Below are positions 1-9,689 of a DNA stretch of 64,000 nt, in pieces (positions within the stretch are counted from its first letter, which is position 1; each line of letters starts with the position of its first letter). The notes below the pieces were generated by a model. It made no database searches. It had not been told where the DNA came from and saw only the letters and a program-made list of their open reading frames with translations. The stretch is from Longimicrobiales bacterium (GTDB lineage Bacteria > Gemmatimonadota > Gemmatimonadetes > Longimicrobiales > Gaopeijiaceae): positions 608,001 through 672,000 of the forward strand of contig JAWLHJ010000003.1 of the NCBI GenBank assembly GCA_041690395.1, given 5' to 3'. A program made the position numbers and the translations under genes.

Positions 1-2417
1 GACTCCACGAGGAGGTCGTACCCCATGAGCAGACAGATCGACCGAGACAGCGCCAGGCCGAGGCCCGTGCCGCCGTATTTGCGTGACGTGCCGGCCTCGG
101 CCTGTTGGAACGCCTGGAAGATGGCTTCGAGCCGGTCTTCGGGGATGCCGATGCCGGTATCCACCACGGCAATGGCCGTCGGCGTCCTCCCGTCGGCCGC
201 TGTCTCGAGCCGGACGGTCACGGACCCCTCCTCGGTGAACTTGAGGGCGTTGCCGACCAGGTTGATGATCACCTGCTTCAGCTTGGCCGAGTCGGTCTGC
301 ACGAGCGCCACGTCGGGCGGCACCTCGCTCAACAGCCTGACCGCACCGTCCTTCGTCCTGGCCTGGCCCTCGAGCTGCTGGACGGTCTCGACGCAGAGCT
401 CGCCGAGATCCACGTCCTCGATGATGAGCTCCATGCGACCGGCCTCCACCTTGGCCAGGTCGAGCACCTCGTTGATCAACGCGAGCAGGTGCTTGCCGTT
501 CGAGAGGACCCGGTCCAGGAAGCCCACGTCCTTCTCGTTCAGCCGGCCGTCCTTGTTCTTCAGCAGGATGTTGGTGAAGCCGATGACGGAGTTGAGCGGG
601 GTCCGGAGCTCGTGGCTCATGTTGGCCAGGAAGTCGCTCTTGGCCTTGTTGGCCGCCTCCGCTTCGTCCTTGGCCACCCGCAGCGCCTCCTCGGCGCGAA
701 CCCGGGGCGTGACGTCCTTTCCGAAGAAGACGGCTCCCGACACGCCCTCGAGCGACTGGATCGGGTTGGCGTAAAGCTCGAAGTACCGGAGCTGGCCGTC
801 GACCTCGTCCGTCCGCAGGGCGACGTGGCGCTCACCGCCGAGCGTCCGCTCGTAGAGCGCCTGGTACCAGGGCAGATCCTCCGGGGGGAAGAGCTGCTCG
901 GGCAGCTGGCCCACTCCGGGCTCGTTGCCGCTGCGCGCCTCCATGGCGAGCGCGAACGCCGAGTTGAACGTGATGAGCCGGTGGTCCCGGTCGACGGACC
1001 AGATGGAGTCTCCCGTGTTCTCGACGAGGGCGCCGAGGTTGGCGCGAGACTCCGCGAGCTGCCGTTCCGCGAGACGCTGCTCGGTGACGTCCCGGAGGAT
1101 GCCCTGCGTGGCCACGGGCTCGCCGTTCACGAGCTGCGCCTGCGCGCTGCCGGAAAGGATCACCACCCGACCGTCCTTGGCCACGTACTCGACGTTGAAC
1201 CTTCTCGGCCGCTCCCCCGACACCACCCGGTCGAACTCCTCTCGTAGCGTGTCCCGGTGATCGGGACGCACGATGTCGAAGAGATCGAGACGGTCCAGGT
1301 CTTCGTCGTCGTAACCGAGCACGCGCTTCCAGGAGCTGTTGACGTACAGGATACGCCCATCCCGTGTAACGCTCTGGATGAGATCGTTGGCGTTGTCCAG
1401 GAACTCCTGGAGCCGTTGGTTGCTCTCCTTGACCGCCTCTTCGGTGCGCGACCGGACCGCGATCTCGCGCGCGAGGCGGTCATTGCTCTCCGTGAGCGCC
1501 CCGAGCACCTGCCCCTCGCGCCGGAACGTGACATAGACGCTGGACAGGAGACCCGTCAGGATGGCGGCGTGGGACGCGATCTTGAGCAGGTGGGCGGCAT
1601 CGTACATCGCGTCGAAGCGCTGATACGAGAACGCCATGAAGCCCGCGTGCACGAGCCCCGAGATGAGGAGCGAGACCAGCAGCCAGTGGTCGAAGACGTC
1701 CCGGCGCCAACTCCGCTTCCCCAGGAAGCCGACGAACGCCAGGAGGAAGAAGAGTGCCGGAAGGAACTCACCCGGGCGGGTGACGACCCGCGTCGGGAAC
1801 GTGAGCGACGACAGCGGCACGTTCTCGAAGAAGAGGAGATTCAGGAGCGTGAGCGCGAACGCGCTCCCGTATACCGACGCCTCGTTGATGGCTTCGCTGC
1901 CGTCGGCCTCGTCGTCCTCACGCACCTCCTGCCGCCAGGCCAGGAGGCTGACGAAGAGGAACAGGGAGAGGAACACCCTCTCCGCCGTCCAGCTCCACGC
2001 GAACAGGGTGGCATCGTCCACGCCCGGGTGCCGCGCGGCCAGCGCTCCCACGAGCGCTTCGCTCGTAATGAGCGTGTGGTTGAGGTTGAGGATCGCCGCG
2101 CCCAGGAACCCCGTCCCGATGAGCAGGAAGGTCGCCTGCTTGCGACTGTAGTAGCGGACCAGCGCGAGTGCGCCGATGAGCGCCGCGAGCACGGTGGAGA
2201 TCGACTCCATGACCGTGTGCGCGGTCGGGCCCGTGCTCCACACCAGATTCTCGCGGAGCACGAACGCTCCGGCGAGCAGCACGACGAACAGCACGCCGTA
2301 GAGGATGACGTGCTCGGCGCCCCGGTCCGGACCGGCGAGCGCCTCCTCCGTGACGGGCGCGACCAACGGCGAGCCGTCCCCAGGGGCCGAAGCGGCTCCC
2401 CCCGGGTGGTCGGTCAC
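1..2417 (-). CDS. Membrane-bound sensor histidine kinase (MASE3-like TM region, PAS, HisKA, HATPase); 3' end runs off the window
   Basis: Manual minus-strand translation gives a hydrophobic N-terminus (HTVMESISTVLAALIG...), H-box FLANMSHELRTPLNSVIGF near 560-630 and G2 box YGGTGLGL near 50-80. GTG start at 2417 is inferred. Confidence 0.85.
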   Translation of the reverse strand, partial: MTDHPGGAASAPGDGSPLVAPVTEEALAGPDRGAEHVILYGVLFVVLLAGAFVLRENLVWSTGPTAHTVMESISTVLAALIGALALVRYYSRKQATFLLIGTGFLGAAILNLNHTLITSEALVGALAARHPGVDDATLFAWSWTAERVFLSLFLFVSLLAWRQEVREDDEADGSEAINEASVYGSAFALTLLNLLFFENVPLSSLTFPTRVVTRPGEFLPALFFLLAFVGFLGKRSWRRDVFDHWLLVSLLISGLVHAGFMAFSYQRFDAMYDAAHLLKIASHAAILTGLLSSVYVTFRREGQVLGALTESNDRLAREIAVRSRTEEAVKESNQRLQEFLDNANDLIQSVTRDGRILYVNSSWKRVLGYDDEDLDRLDLFDIVRPDHRDTLREEFDRVVSGERPRRFNVEYVAKDGRVVILSGSAQAQLVNGEPVATQGILRDVTEQRLAERQLAESRANLGALVENTGDSIWSVDRDHRLITFNSAFALAMEARSGNEPGVGQLPEQLFPPEDLPWYQALYERTLGGERHVALRTDEVDGQLRYFELYANPIQSLEGVSGAVFFGKDVTPRVRAEEALRVAKDEAEAANKAKSDFLANMSHELRTPLNSVIGFTNILLKNKDGRLNEKDVGFLDRVLSNGKHLLALINEVLDLAKVEAGRMELIIEDVDLGELCVETVQQLEGQARTKDGAVRLLSEVPPDVALVQTDSAKLKQVIINLVGNALKFTEEGSVTVRLETAADGRTPTAIAVVDTGIGIPEDRLEAIFQAFQQAEAGTSRKYGGTGLGLALSRSICLLMGYDLLVE

Positions 2418-2431
2418 CGGGCCGGCCGGTG

Positions 2432-2806
2432 TCAGTCGGTCGGGGTCAGCCAACGCTCGATCGCGCCGATGAGGACGTCCTCGTCCACGATCGGTTTGGT
2501 GACGTAGTCGTTGAACCCCGCGGCGAGGTACTTTTCACGGTCTCCCGCCATGGCGTGGGCGGTCAGCGCGATGACCGGCAGATCCTTGAGCGACGGCTGC
2601 TGCCGGATCCAGGCGAGCACCTCGGTCCCGTCCATCTCGGGAAGCGAGATGTCGAGCAGGATCAGGTCCGGCACATCGTCACCGAGCCGGGCGACTGCGT
2701 CGACGCCGGACTCATACTCGGAGATGTCGTAGCGGTCCTCGAGGAGCGCCTGGACGAGCATCCGGTTGTCCGGGTTGTCCTCGATGACGGCGACCTTATG
2801 ACTCAT
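2432..2806 (-). CDS. Single-domain response regulator (CheY/DivK-like)
   Basis: IEDN, DLILLDISLPEMDG, ALTAHAM and YVTKP receiver motifs. Confidence 0.92.
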   Translation of the reverse strand: MSHKVAVIEDNPDNRMLVQALLEDRYDISEYESGVDAVARLGDDVPDLILLDISLPEMDGTEVLAWIRQQPSLKDLPVIALTAHAMAGDREKYLAAGFNDYVTKPIVDEDVLIGAIERWLTPTD

Positions 2807-3161
2807 TGTGGATTCCTCGTTCGATCGATTCGAGTTCGGTGACTGCGGCCGCGAACGCTTCCTCGAGGCCCGGCAGGCTCTCCACGACCGGAGCCATCTG
2901 CCCGTCGGCCGCGGCGAGCTCGATGGCGGCGGCGAGGGTACGCACGCGCTCGGCTCCGAGATTCGCGGCGCTCGACTTGAGGGAGTGCGCGCCCATCTCC
3001 GCCTCCCGGATCAGGTCGTCGCGCACGCCGACGCGGATCTGCTCGACCCGCTGGCCGGCGTTGCTGATGAAGAGCCGGATCATCTGGGCGACGAGCTTGT
3101 CGCCCCCCCACTCCCGTAGGCGGTCGAGCGCCTGGGGATCGATCGACGGTGCCTGCGTCAT
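2796..3161 (-). CDS. Hpt histidine phosphotransfer protein
   Basis: AHSLKSSAANLGA Hpt motif. Confidence 0.9.
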   Translation of the reverse strand: MTQAPSIDPQALDRLREWGGDKLVAQMIRLFISNAGQRVEQIRVGVRDDLIREAEMGAHSLKSSAANLGAERVRTLAAAIELAAADGQMAPVVESLPGLEEAFAAAVTELESIERGIHNES

Positions 3162-3814
3162 GGCGTCCTCGCGTTGCGGATGGCGCGGACACCGGCCGCC
3201 GCGCCGTCGGGGTGACCATAAACGGCCGATCCGGCCACGAGCACGGTGGCGCCGGCATCCACGAGGGTCGCGGCGTTCGAACGGTCCACGCCTCCGTCCA
3301 CCTCCAATTCGGCCCCGGAGCCGGCCTCGTCGAGCATGCGGCGGGCGCTCGCCACCTTCTCGACGCTGCGCTCGATGAACGCCTGTCCTCCGAAGCCGGG
3401 ATTGACGCTCATGATCAGGAGCAGATCGAGCTCGTCGAGCACCTCACCGACCGCTTCGATCGGCGTGGCCGGATTCAGCGCCACGCCCGCCTTCGACCCG
3501 GCCTGGCGGATCCTCTGGAGCGTGCGGTGCAGATGCCGGCACGCCTCGGCGTGGACCGTGATCACGTCCGCTCCCGCCTCGGCGAAGGCGTCCACGTACC
3601 GGTCGGGATCCTCGATCATGAGGTGCACGTCCAGCGGAAGCTCGGTGGCCCGACGGGCTCCTTCGACCACCACCGGTCCGATCGTGATGTTAGGCACGAA
3701 GTGGCCGTCCATGACGTCGACGTGGATCCAGTCGGCACCGCCGGCCTCCACGGCCGCGATCTCCTCGCCGAGCCGCCCGAAATCGCTCGACAGGATGGAC
3801 GGAGCGATCTTCAA
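3158..3814 (-). CDS. rpe: Ribulose-phosphate 3-epimerase
   Basis: KIAPSILSSDF, HVDVMDGHFVPN, DVHLMI, MSVNPGFGGQ; TTG start overlaps the rpiA stop. Confidence 0.96.
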   Translation of the reverse strand: MKIAPSILSSDFGRLGEEIAAVEAGGADWIHVDVMDGHFVPNITIGPVVVEGARRATELPLDVHLMIEDPDRYVDAFAEAGADVITVHAEACRHLHRTLQRIRQAGSKAGVALNPATPIEAVGEVLDELDLLLIMSVNPGFGGQAFIERSVEKVASARRMLDEAGSGAELEVDGGVDRSNAATLVDAGATVLVAGSAVYGHPDGAAAGVRAIRNARTP

Positions 3815-4515
3815 GGATCTCTCCTCATGACGCGGACGCCCTGGCGTGACGCGATCACGACCTCGTGGGCGAGCCCCAGGAAGAGTCCCGTTTCGACCAC
3901 ACCGGCTCGCGCCTGGAGCGCACGGTCGAGCGCTCGCGGATCGGGGATCCCGTCGGCGAACCGGCAGTCGAGGACCACGTTGCCGTTGTCGCTCGTGAAG
4001 GGGGTGCCGTCCTCGCCCCGGCGCACCGTAACCTCCGCGCCGTTCGCGGTGAGGAAGTCGATGTGGGACTCGTGCTCCCACGCCACGACCTCGACGGGCA
4101 ACGGCGAGCGCGTCCCGAGCCTGTCGACGCTCTTGCTGTCGTCCGCGATGATGAGCAGGTGGTCCGCGGCCTGGGCGACCATCTTCTCGCGTAGCAACGC
4201 ACCGCCCATCCCCTTGATGAGATCGGTATTGGGGTCGACCTCGTCGGTCCCGTCGACGGCGAGGTCGAGCCGCGCATGGGCGGCCAGCGACACCAGCGGG
4301 ATCCCCAGGCGCCGGGCCTCGGACTCGGTCCAGAGGGACGTCGGCACGCCCGCCACGTCCTGGACCCGGCCGGTCTTCAAGCGCTCCCCGAGCAGCTCGA
4401 GGAAATGGGCGACGGTGCTCCCGGTCCCGAGGCCGAGACGCATCCCGCTCTCTACGTGGTTGGCCGCCTGCTCGGCGGCCAGTCTCTTGAGGTCTTCGGC
4501 GGTCACCGAATCCAT
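3811..4515 (-). CDS. rpiA: Ribose-5-phosphate isomerase A
   Basis: LGLGTGST, DGTDEVD, IKGMGGALLREK, GVVETGLF. Confidence 0.96.
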   Translation of the reverse strand: MDSVTAEDLKRLAAEQAANHVESGMRLGLGTGSTVAHFLELLGERLKTGRVQDVAGVPTSLWTESEARRLGIPLVSLAAHARLDLAVDGTDEVDPNTDLIKGMGGALLREKMVAQAADHLLIIADDSKSVDRLGTRSPLPVEVVAWEHESHIDFLTANGAEVTVRRGEDGTPFTSDNGNVVLDCRFADGIPDPRALDRALQARAGVVETGLFLGLAHEVVIASRQGVRVMRRDP

Positions 4516-4674
4516 GGTCGCGCGCGCTCCCGGGTACGGTCTCTGAAGGCAGGTCGCGCCGGATCCCCCGAGGGGGCCGCGCCGCGAAGTCCACGCAATG
4601 TACCCACGCCCCGGTGGGCATTCCAGCCACGGCCAGGGTTGACAACGGCAACCGACCGCGGCGATGGTAGCGAC

Positions 4675-4752
4675 ATGGATCGCGCACTCACCCACGGCTA
4701 CTGGTATTACGCTCGCCCCCTCCCGGGAGCAGGCGTCCTCGTGCGCGACTGA
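4675..4752 (+). CDS. Aromatic-rich leader peptide of aroF attenuator (MDRALTHGYWYYARPLPGAGVLVRD)
   Basis: 25-aa ORF with a YWYY run directly upstream of a terminator and aroF; TTGACA at 4639-4644 and GATGGT 6 nt before the ATG. Confidence 0.75.
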   Translation: MDRALTHGYWYYARPLPGAGVLVRD

Positions 4753-4778
4753 GCCACAGTCCCTACCGCGACGCTTCG

Positions 4779-4808
4779 AAGCTCCCGACCTGGTCGGGGG
4801 CTTTTTTT
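4779..4808 (+). terminator. Intrinsic terminator (attenuator) upstream of aroF
   Basis: AAGCTCCCGAC-CTG-GTCGGGGGC followed by TTTTTTT. Confidence 0.85.
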
Positions 4809-4854
4809 GTGCCTTCGAGCAACGGGACCCGAGCGCCAAATCAAAGGAAGCTAC

Positions 4855-5904
4855 ATGATCATCGTCACCGTGCCGGGCGCCACAGACGCCCAGATCGACC
4901 ATATCAGGGAGCGCGTGGAAGCCGCGGGGCTCCGCACCCACCTCTCCCGAGGGGAGCACCGCACCGTCATCGGCTGCGTCGGCGACGAGGTGCTCCTCCA
5001 GAACGTACCGCTCCTGTCGATTCCAGGTGTCGACACCGTGCACCCGGTTTTGAAGCCCTACAAGCTCGCCTCGCGTGAGTTCGTCGCCGAGGCCACCCGC
5101 ATCCCCCTCGGTGCCGGCGAGCTGGGCGGTCCCGAGGTGCTCGTCATCGCAGGACCTTGCTCCGTCGAAGGGCCGGAGATGCTGTCCCGCACGGCGGAGC
5201 GGGTCGGCGCCGCGGGCGCCGGAGCGCTCCGAGGCGGCGCCTTCAAGCCGCGTACGTCGCCGTACTCCTTCCAGGGCCTCGGAAAGCGGGGCCTCGAGCT
5301 GCTCGCCGAGGTACGCGAGCAGACGGGACTCCCCGTCGTCACCGAAGTCATGGACACGCGCCAGGTCGAGCTCGTCGCGTCGTACGCCGACGTCCTGCAG
5401 ATCGGCGCGCGGAACATGCAGAACTTTCCGCTGTTGACCGAGGTCGGCCGGCTCCGGCGCCCGGTGCTCCTCAAGCGCGGCCTGTCCGCCACGCTGAAGG
5501 ATCTCCTCCTGGCCGCCGAGTACGTGATGAGCCAGGGGAACCCCAACGTCATCCTCTGCGAGCGGGGCATCCGCACGTTCGGCACCGAGACCCGGAACAC
5601 CTTCGACCTGGCGGCGATTCCCGTGCTGAAGCGCGAGACGCACCTCCCGGTCATCGCCGACCCGTCCCATGCCGGAGGACGCAGCCATCTCGTGCCCGCG
5701 CTGAGCTACGCGGCGGTGGCCGCCGGTGCGGACGGCCTGATGATCGAGGTGCACCCGGATCCCGAGAACGCGACCTCGGACGGCGATCAGTCGCTCGACT
5801 TCGACGCGTTCGACGCGCTCATGGACGGGCTTCGTCCCTTCGTGGACGCGGCGGGCAGATCGCTCCGCTCCGCTTCGATCCGCTCGGCGGCGAGCGCGAG
5901 CTGA
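4855..5904 (+). CDS. aroF: 3-deoxy-7-phosphoheptulonate (DAHP) synthase, type I-beta with N-terminal regulatory domain
   Basis: [54 protein letters not shown]. Confidence 0.95.
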   Translation: MIIVTVPGATDAQIDHIRERVEAAGLRTHLSRGEHRTVIGCVGDEVLLQNVPLLSIPGVDTVHPVLKPYKLASREFVAEATRIPLGAGELGGPEVLVIAGPCSVEGPEMLSRTAERVGAAGAGALRGGAFKPRTSPYSFQGLGKRGLELLAEVREQTGLPVVTEVMDTRQVELVASYADVLQIGARNMQNFPLLTEVGRLRRPVLLKRGLSATLKDLLLAAEYVMSQGNPNVILCERGIRTFGTETRNTFDLAAIPVLKRETHLPVIADPSHAGGRSHLVPALSYAAVAAGADGLMIEVHPDPENATSDGDQSLDFDAFDALMDGLRPFVDAAGRSLRSASIRSAASAS

Positions 5905-7253
5905 CGGCGCACGGCCCGCTCCGACGAGCCGCCGTCGGTGTCCCTCGACTCCAGCGACGCGGCCCAGTCGAGCCGGGGTGGGTCGTCGCCGAAGCGCGCG
6001 TCCTCGGCCACGAGGCGTTCGGGCGGTAGCGCGTCGAGCGTGACGCCCTCCCGCTCGGCCGCGCGGACCAGGCGTCCGACGGTTTCGTGCGCCGTACGGA
6101 ACGGTACGCCTCTGCGGACCAGGTGGTCGGCCAGGTCCGTGGCCAGCATGACGGTGTCGAGGGCGTCGCGCATGGCTTCGGGGCGGAACTCCGCCGTACG
6201 GAGGGCACCGGCGACCGCGGGGAGCGTGAGCAGAAGGGTGTCGACGGTGTCGAAGAGGGGCGCCTTGTCCTCCTGCAGATCCCGGTTGTACCCGGTGGGC
6301 AGTCCCTTCACGAGTACCAGCAGCGAGGTCAGGGCGCCGACCAGACGGGCCGACTTGCCGCGGGCCAGCTCGGCCACGTCGGGATTCCGCTTTTGCGGCA
6401 TGAGGCTCGAGCCGGTGCTGTACTCGTCGGACAGCCGGAGGAAGCCGAACTCGGCGCTGGTGAAGAGCACGATGTCCTCGGACAGCCTCGAGAGGTGCAC
6501 GCCAATCATGGCTCCCGCGTACGCCAGGTCACACATCCAGTCGCGGTCCGACACGGCGTCGAGGGAGCTCTCGGAGACGCGGCGGAAGCCGAGCTCGGCC
6601 CGGAGGGCCTCCCGGTCGACCGGGAACGGGCAGCCGGCCAGCGCACCGGACCCCAGCGGCAGAACGGAGGCCGCCTCCTCGGCCGCCCGCAGACGGTCGA
6701 GGTCACGCAGGAACGCGAACAGGTGCGCCAGAGCCCACTGGGCAGCGCGCACGGGCTGCGCCCGCTGTAGGTGCGTGTAACCCGGCATGGGGTGGTCGAC
6801 GCCCCGTTCCGCCAGGCCGTGGAGCGCACGGACGACCTCGACGAGCCCCTCGCGTATGCGACCGATCGCGGCCATCCCCCAGAGCCTGGTGTCGGTCGCG
6901 GACTGGTCGTTCCGGGAGCGGCCGGTGTGCAGCTTGCCCGCGACGCCCCCGACTTCCTCCCGGAGCATACGCTCCACGACCGAATGGATGTCCTCCTCCG
7001 GCGCGTCGGCGAGCCCGTCGCGCTCGATCCGTTCCGCCACGCCCGCGAGCCCGACGGTCAGGCGCTCGACCTCTTCCGGGGTGAGCACACCCGCCCCACC
7101 GAGGGCCCGCGCCCACGCAACGCTGCCGCGTACGTCTTCCCGCCAGAGCCGCTGGTCGACGTCGAGGCTCAGGTTCAGGCGCTCCATGTCGGTGGACATG
7201 CCCTGCTCGAAGCGACCGCCCCAGAGCGGCGCGTCCCCTCCGTCGCGGCTCAT
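5787..7253 (-). CDS. argH: Argininosuccinate lyase
   Basis: [37 protein letters not shown]. Confidence 0.97.
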   Translation of the reverse strand: MSRDGGDAPLWGGRFEQGMSTDMERLNLSLDVDQRLWREDVRGSVAWARALGGAGVLTPEEVERLTVGLAGVAERIERDGLADAPEEDIHSVVERMLREEVGGVAGKLHTGRSRNDQSATDTRLWGMAAIGRIREGLVEVVRALHGLAERGVDHPMPGYTHLQRAQPVRAAQWALAHLFAFLRDLDRLRAAEEAASVLPLGSGALAGCPFPVDREALRAELGFRRVSESSLDAVSDRDWMCDLAYAGAMIGVHLSRLSEDIVLFTSAEFGFLRLSDEYSTGSSLMPQKRNPDVAELARGKSARLVGALTSLLVLVKGLPTGYNRDLQEDKAPLFDTVDTLLLTLPAVAGALRTAEFRPEAMRDALDTVMLATDLADHLVRRGVPFRTAHETVGRLVRAAEREGVTLDALPPERLVAEDARFGDDPPRLDWAASLESRDTDGGSSERAVRRQLALAAERIEAERSDLPAASTKGRSPSMSASNASKSSD

Positions 7254-8452
7254 CCGTCAGCCTGCTCGTCGCGCCGCGCCGCCGCGCGAATCGGCAATCC
7301 GAACAGACGGATGAAGCCGGCCGCGTCCGCGTGGTCGTACGTCGCAGCGTGGCCGAAGCTGGCGAGGTCCTCGCGGTAGAGCGACGTCGGGCTCGATCGT
7401 CCCACCACCCGCGCCGAGCCCTTGAGAAGCTTGAGCCGCACGGTTCCGTTCACCGGCTCCATGAGTCGGTCGGTGAGCGCCTGAATGCCCTCGCGCTCGG
7501 GGGTCCACCACCGCCCCTCGTACACGAGGTCCGCCCAGCGCCGGGCCACCTCGTCCTTGAGCGCCTCCGTCCGGCGGTCGAGCGTGATCGACTCGAGGTC
7601 ACGGAGCGCCTGATAGAGGAGCGTGCCGCCCGGAGTCTCGTACACCCCGCGCGACTTCATGCCGACCAGCCGGTTCTCGACGAGGTCCGCGCGGCCGATG
7701 CCGTGTCTGGACCCGAGGTCGTTCAGGCTCGTGAGCAAAGTCACGGCATCCATCCGCTCGCCGTTCACGGACACCGGCGTGCCGGCCTCGAAGCCGATCT
7801 CCACGTACTCCGGTGCGTCGGGCGCGTCTTCCGGCGCGGTGGTCCAGGTGAACATCTCCGGCTCCGGCTCCAACGACGGGTCCTCGAGGGGACCGCCCTC
7901 GTGCGAGATGTGCCACAGGTTCTCGTCACGTGAGTAGAGCTTCACCTCGTCGACACCCGTCAACTTGATTCCGCGGGCACGGGCGTAGGCGAGCGCGTCC
8001 TCCCTCGAGCGGATATCCCACTCCCGCCAGGGTGCGATGATCCGGAGGTCGGGCGCGAGCGCCGCATATGTGAGCTCGAAGCGCACCTGGTCGTTCCCCT
8101 TCCCCGTGCACCCGTGGGCCAGGGCGTCGGCGCCCACCCGGAGCGCCACGTCCACCTGGGCCTTCGCGAGGATGGGACGGGCCATCGCCGTCCCGAGCAG
8201 GTAGGTGCGCCCGTACACGGCGCCCACGCGCAACGTCGGCCACACATACTCCTCGACGAACACCTTCCGCAGATCCACACCGTGGAAGGCCGAAGCGCCC
8301 GTCGCGAGCGCCTTCTCCTCCAGCCCCTCGAGCCCGCCCTTCTGCCCGACGTCGCCGGCCATGCATACGACATCGGCGTCGTACGTCTCGCGGAGCCAGG
8401 GCACGATGACGGAGGTGTCGAGACCACCCGAGTAGCCGAGCACGACCTTCAT
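7250..8452 (-). CDS. argG: Argininosuccinate synthase
   Basis: YSGGLDTS, HGCTGKGNDQVRFE, ENRLVGMKSRGVYETPG. Confidence 0.98.
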   Translation of the reverse strand: MKVVLGYSGGLDTSVIVPWLRETYDADVVCMAGDVGQKGGLEGLEEKALATGASAFHGVDLRKVFVEEYVWPTLRVGAVYGRTYLLGTAMARPILAKAQVDVALRVGADALAHGCTGKGNDQVRFELTYAALAPDLRIIAPWREWDIRSREDALAYARARGIKLTGVDEVKLYSRDENLWHISHEGGPLEDPSLEPEPEMFTWTTAPEDAPDAPEYVEIGFEAGTPVSVNGERMDAVTLLTSLNDLGSRHGIGRADLVENRLVGMKSRGVYETPGGTLLYQALRDLESITLDRRTEALKDEVARRWADLVYEGRWWTPEREGIQALTDRLMEPVNGTVRLKLLKGSARVVGRSSPTSLYREDLASFGHAATYDHADAAGFIRLFGLPIRAAARRDEQADG

Positions 8453-8498
8453 GTCATCTTCCTCACTTCATTGGATGGGTGGCGGGTGTCAGGTACAC

Positions 8499-8630
8499 AA
8501 AAAAAGAGGCCCGGGGGCTGGAAGACCGGTCACTTCCCGCCAAAGTGCCGGGGGGCCTCGTGCCCCGAACTCCCGCCCCCGGTCCCCTTTCGGAGTCCCG
8601 TGGCGTCGCGTCAGCCGTGCTGACGACGTA
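8499..8630 (-). promoter_or_regulatory. Structured 5' leader of argG ending in a terminator-like stem and U7
   Basis: Hairpins CGTCAGC-ACG-GCTGACG and GACTCC-GAAA-GGGGAC; GAGGCCC...GGGCCTC followed by TTTTTTT about 47 nt before argG. Confidence 0.55.
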
Positions 8631-8632
8631 TG

Positions 8633-8667
8633 TTGGATAATTATGCATCCAATCTGTATGGAGTCAA
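8633..8667 (-). promoter_or_regulatory. sigma70-type promoter of argGH overlapped by an ARG box
   Basis: TTGACT-16nt-CATAAT; TGCATAATTATCCA (8634-8647) resembles the ArgR operator TGCAT-N4-ATGCA; argR lies immediately upstream. Confidence 0.75.
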
Positions 8668-8688
8668 GGGTGTGTCGTGGCGCGACGA

Positions 8689-9135
8689 CTACCGCGCCAT
8701 ACGTTCGAGGCGCTCCTTTACCGTACCAAGGACCTCCGGGTCCCGCAGAACGAGCAGAATGGTATCGTCGCCGGCGAGGGTGCCCAGCACCTCGGGCCAC
8801 TCCTCCCAGTCGATTCCGGCGGCCACGGTCTGCGCTCCGCCCTTCATGGTGCGCACGACGAGCAGGTGATCGACCCCCTCGGCGCTGTGGAAGAGCGTCG
8901 GGAGCAGCGACTCGAGCGGCGGCGTCCCTTCCCAGTCGTCCGGGACCGCATAGTGGGGCGCCCCGTCCGCCCCGGGGACCTTCACGAGCCTGAGCTCGCG
9001 GATGTCCCGGGACAGCGTCGCCTGCGTCACGTCCGTGCCGCGCTCGACGAGAAGGGTCCGAAGCCCTTCCTGGCTGTTGACGCGATGCTCGCGCAGGATC
9101 TCGAGGATGAGCTGGTGACGGTCCCGCTTGCTCAC
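8689..9135 (-). CDS. argR: Arginine repressor
   Basis: VTQATLSRDIREL and GTLAGDDTIL motifs. Confidence 0.96.
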   Translation of the reverse strand: MSKRDRHQLILEILREHRVNSQEGLRTLLVERGTDVTQATLSRDIRELRLVKVPGADGAPHYAVPDDWEGTPPLESLLPTLFHSAEGVDHLLVVRTMKGGAQTVAAGIDWEEWPEVLGTLAGDDTILLVLRDPEVLGTVKERLERMAR

Positions 9136-9581
9136 GCCACGGCCCGCGCCGCGAAGTCCCGTAGGCGCTCGGGCTCGAAGCCGACACTCCGCTCCGCCTC
9201 CTCCCCGGCAGAGAAGAGGATGACTGTCGGGATGCTCCGGATGCCGTACCGACCCGCGACCTCCGGGGCACGATCCGTGTCGACCTTCACCACGAGCATC
9301 TTCCCCACGTGCTCATGGGCGAACTCGTCCATGAGGGGCGCCACCATGCGGCAGGGGCCGCACCAGTCGGCGTAGAAGTCGACCATGACCGGCACGCCGG
9401 CCCCCAGCACCGTGCGGTCGAAGTCGTCCTCGGCCACCTTGAGGGGCCGATCCAGGAGCATCGGCTTCGAGCACTCCCCGCACTGCGGCCGGTCCGCCGC
9501 ACGCGCCACCTCGACCTGGTTCAGCTTCCCACAGAAACCGCATCGGACCGTCGCCTGTCCGTCCGTTCTCTTCGTCGACAT
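9132..9581 (-). CDS. trxC: Thioredoxin with N-terminal zinc finger (Trx2 type)
   Basis: CGFC...CGEC zinc finger and WCGPC active site. Confidence 0.88.
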   Translation of the reverse strand: MSTKRTDGQATVRCGFCGKLNQVEVARAADRPQCGECSKPMLLDRPLKVAEDDFDRTVLGAGVPVMVDFYADWCGPCRMVAPLMDEFAHEHVGKMLVVKVDTDRAPEVAGRYGIRSIPTVILFSAGEEAERSVGFEPERLRDFAARAVA

Positions 9582-9642
9582 CCGTCCTCTCTCGTCTGAT
9601 TACGTCCGACCGCCAACGACTGAATATGGCGCAAGGACGCCG

Positions 9643-9686
9643 GAGGGGGGACGGGTGCGACGCACCGGCCGCCCCGTCCCCCCCTC
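9643..9686 (-). terminator. Hairpin downstream of the TonB-dependent receptor
   Basis: GAGGGGGGACGGG / CCCGTCCCCCCTC inverted repeat; no strong U tract. Confidence 0.5.
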
Positions 9687-9689
9687 GAA

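Noticed and set aside
3811..5754. 647-aa ORF suggesting an RpiA fusion
   Set aside because: The N-terminal extension is antisense to aroF. RpiA homology begins at the ATG at 4515.
8620..8631. ATA-CGT-CGT-CAG-CAC-GGC-TGA (IRRQHG) as an Arg leader peptide for argG (start region shown)
   Set aside because: It needs an ATA start and has only two Arg codons, which is too weak to call.
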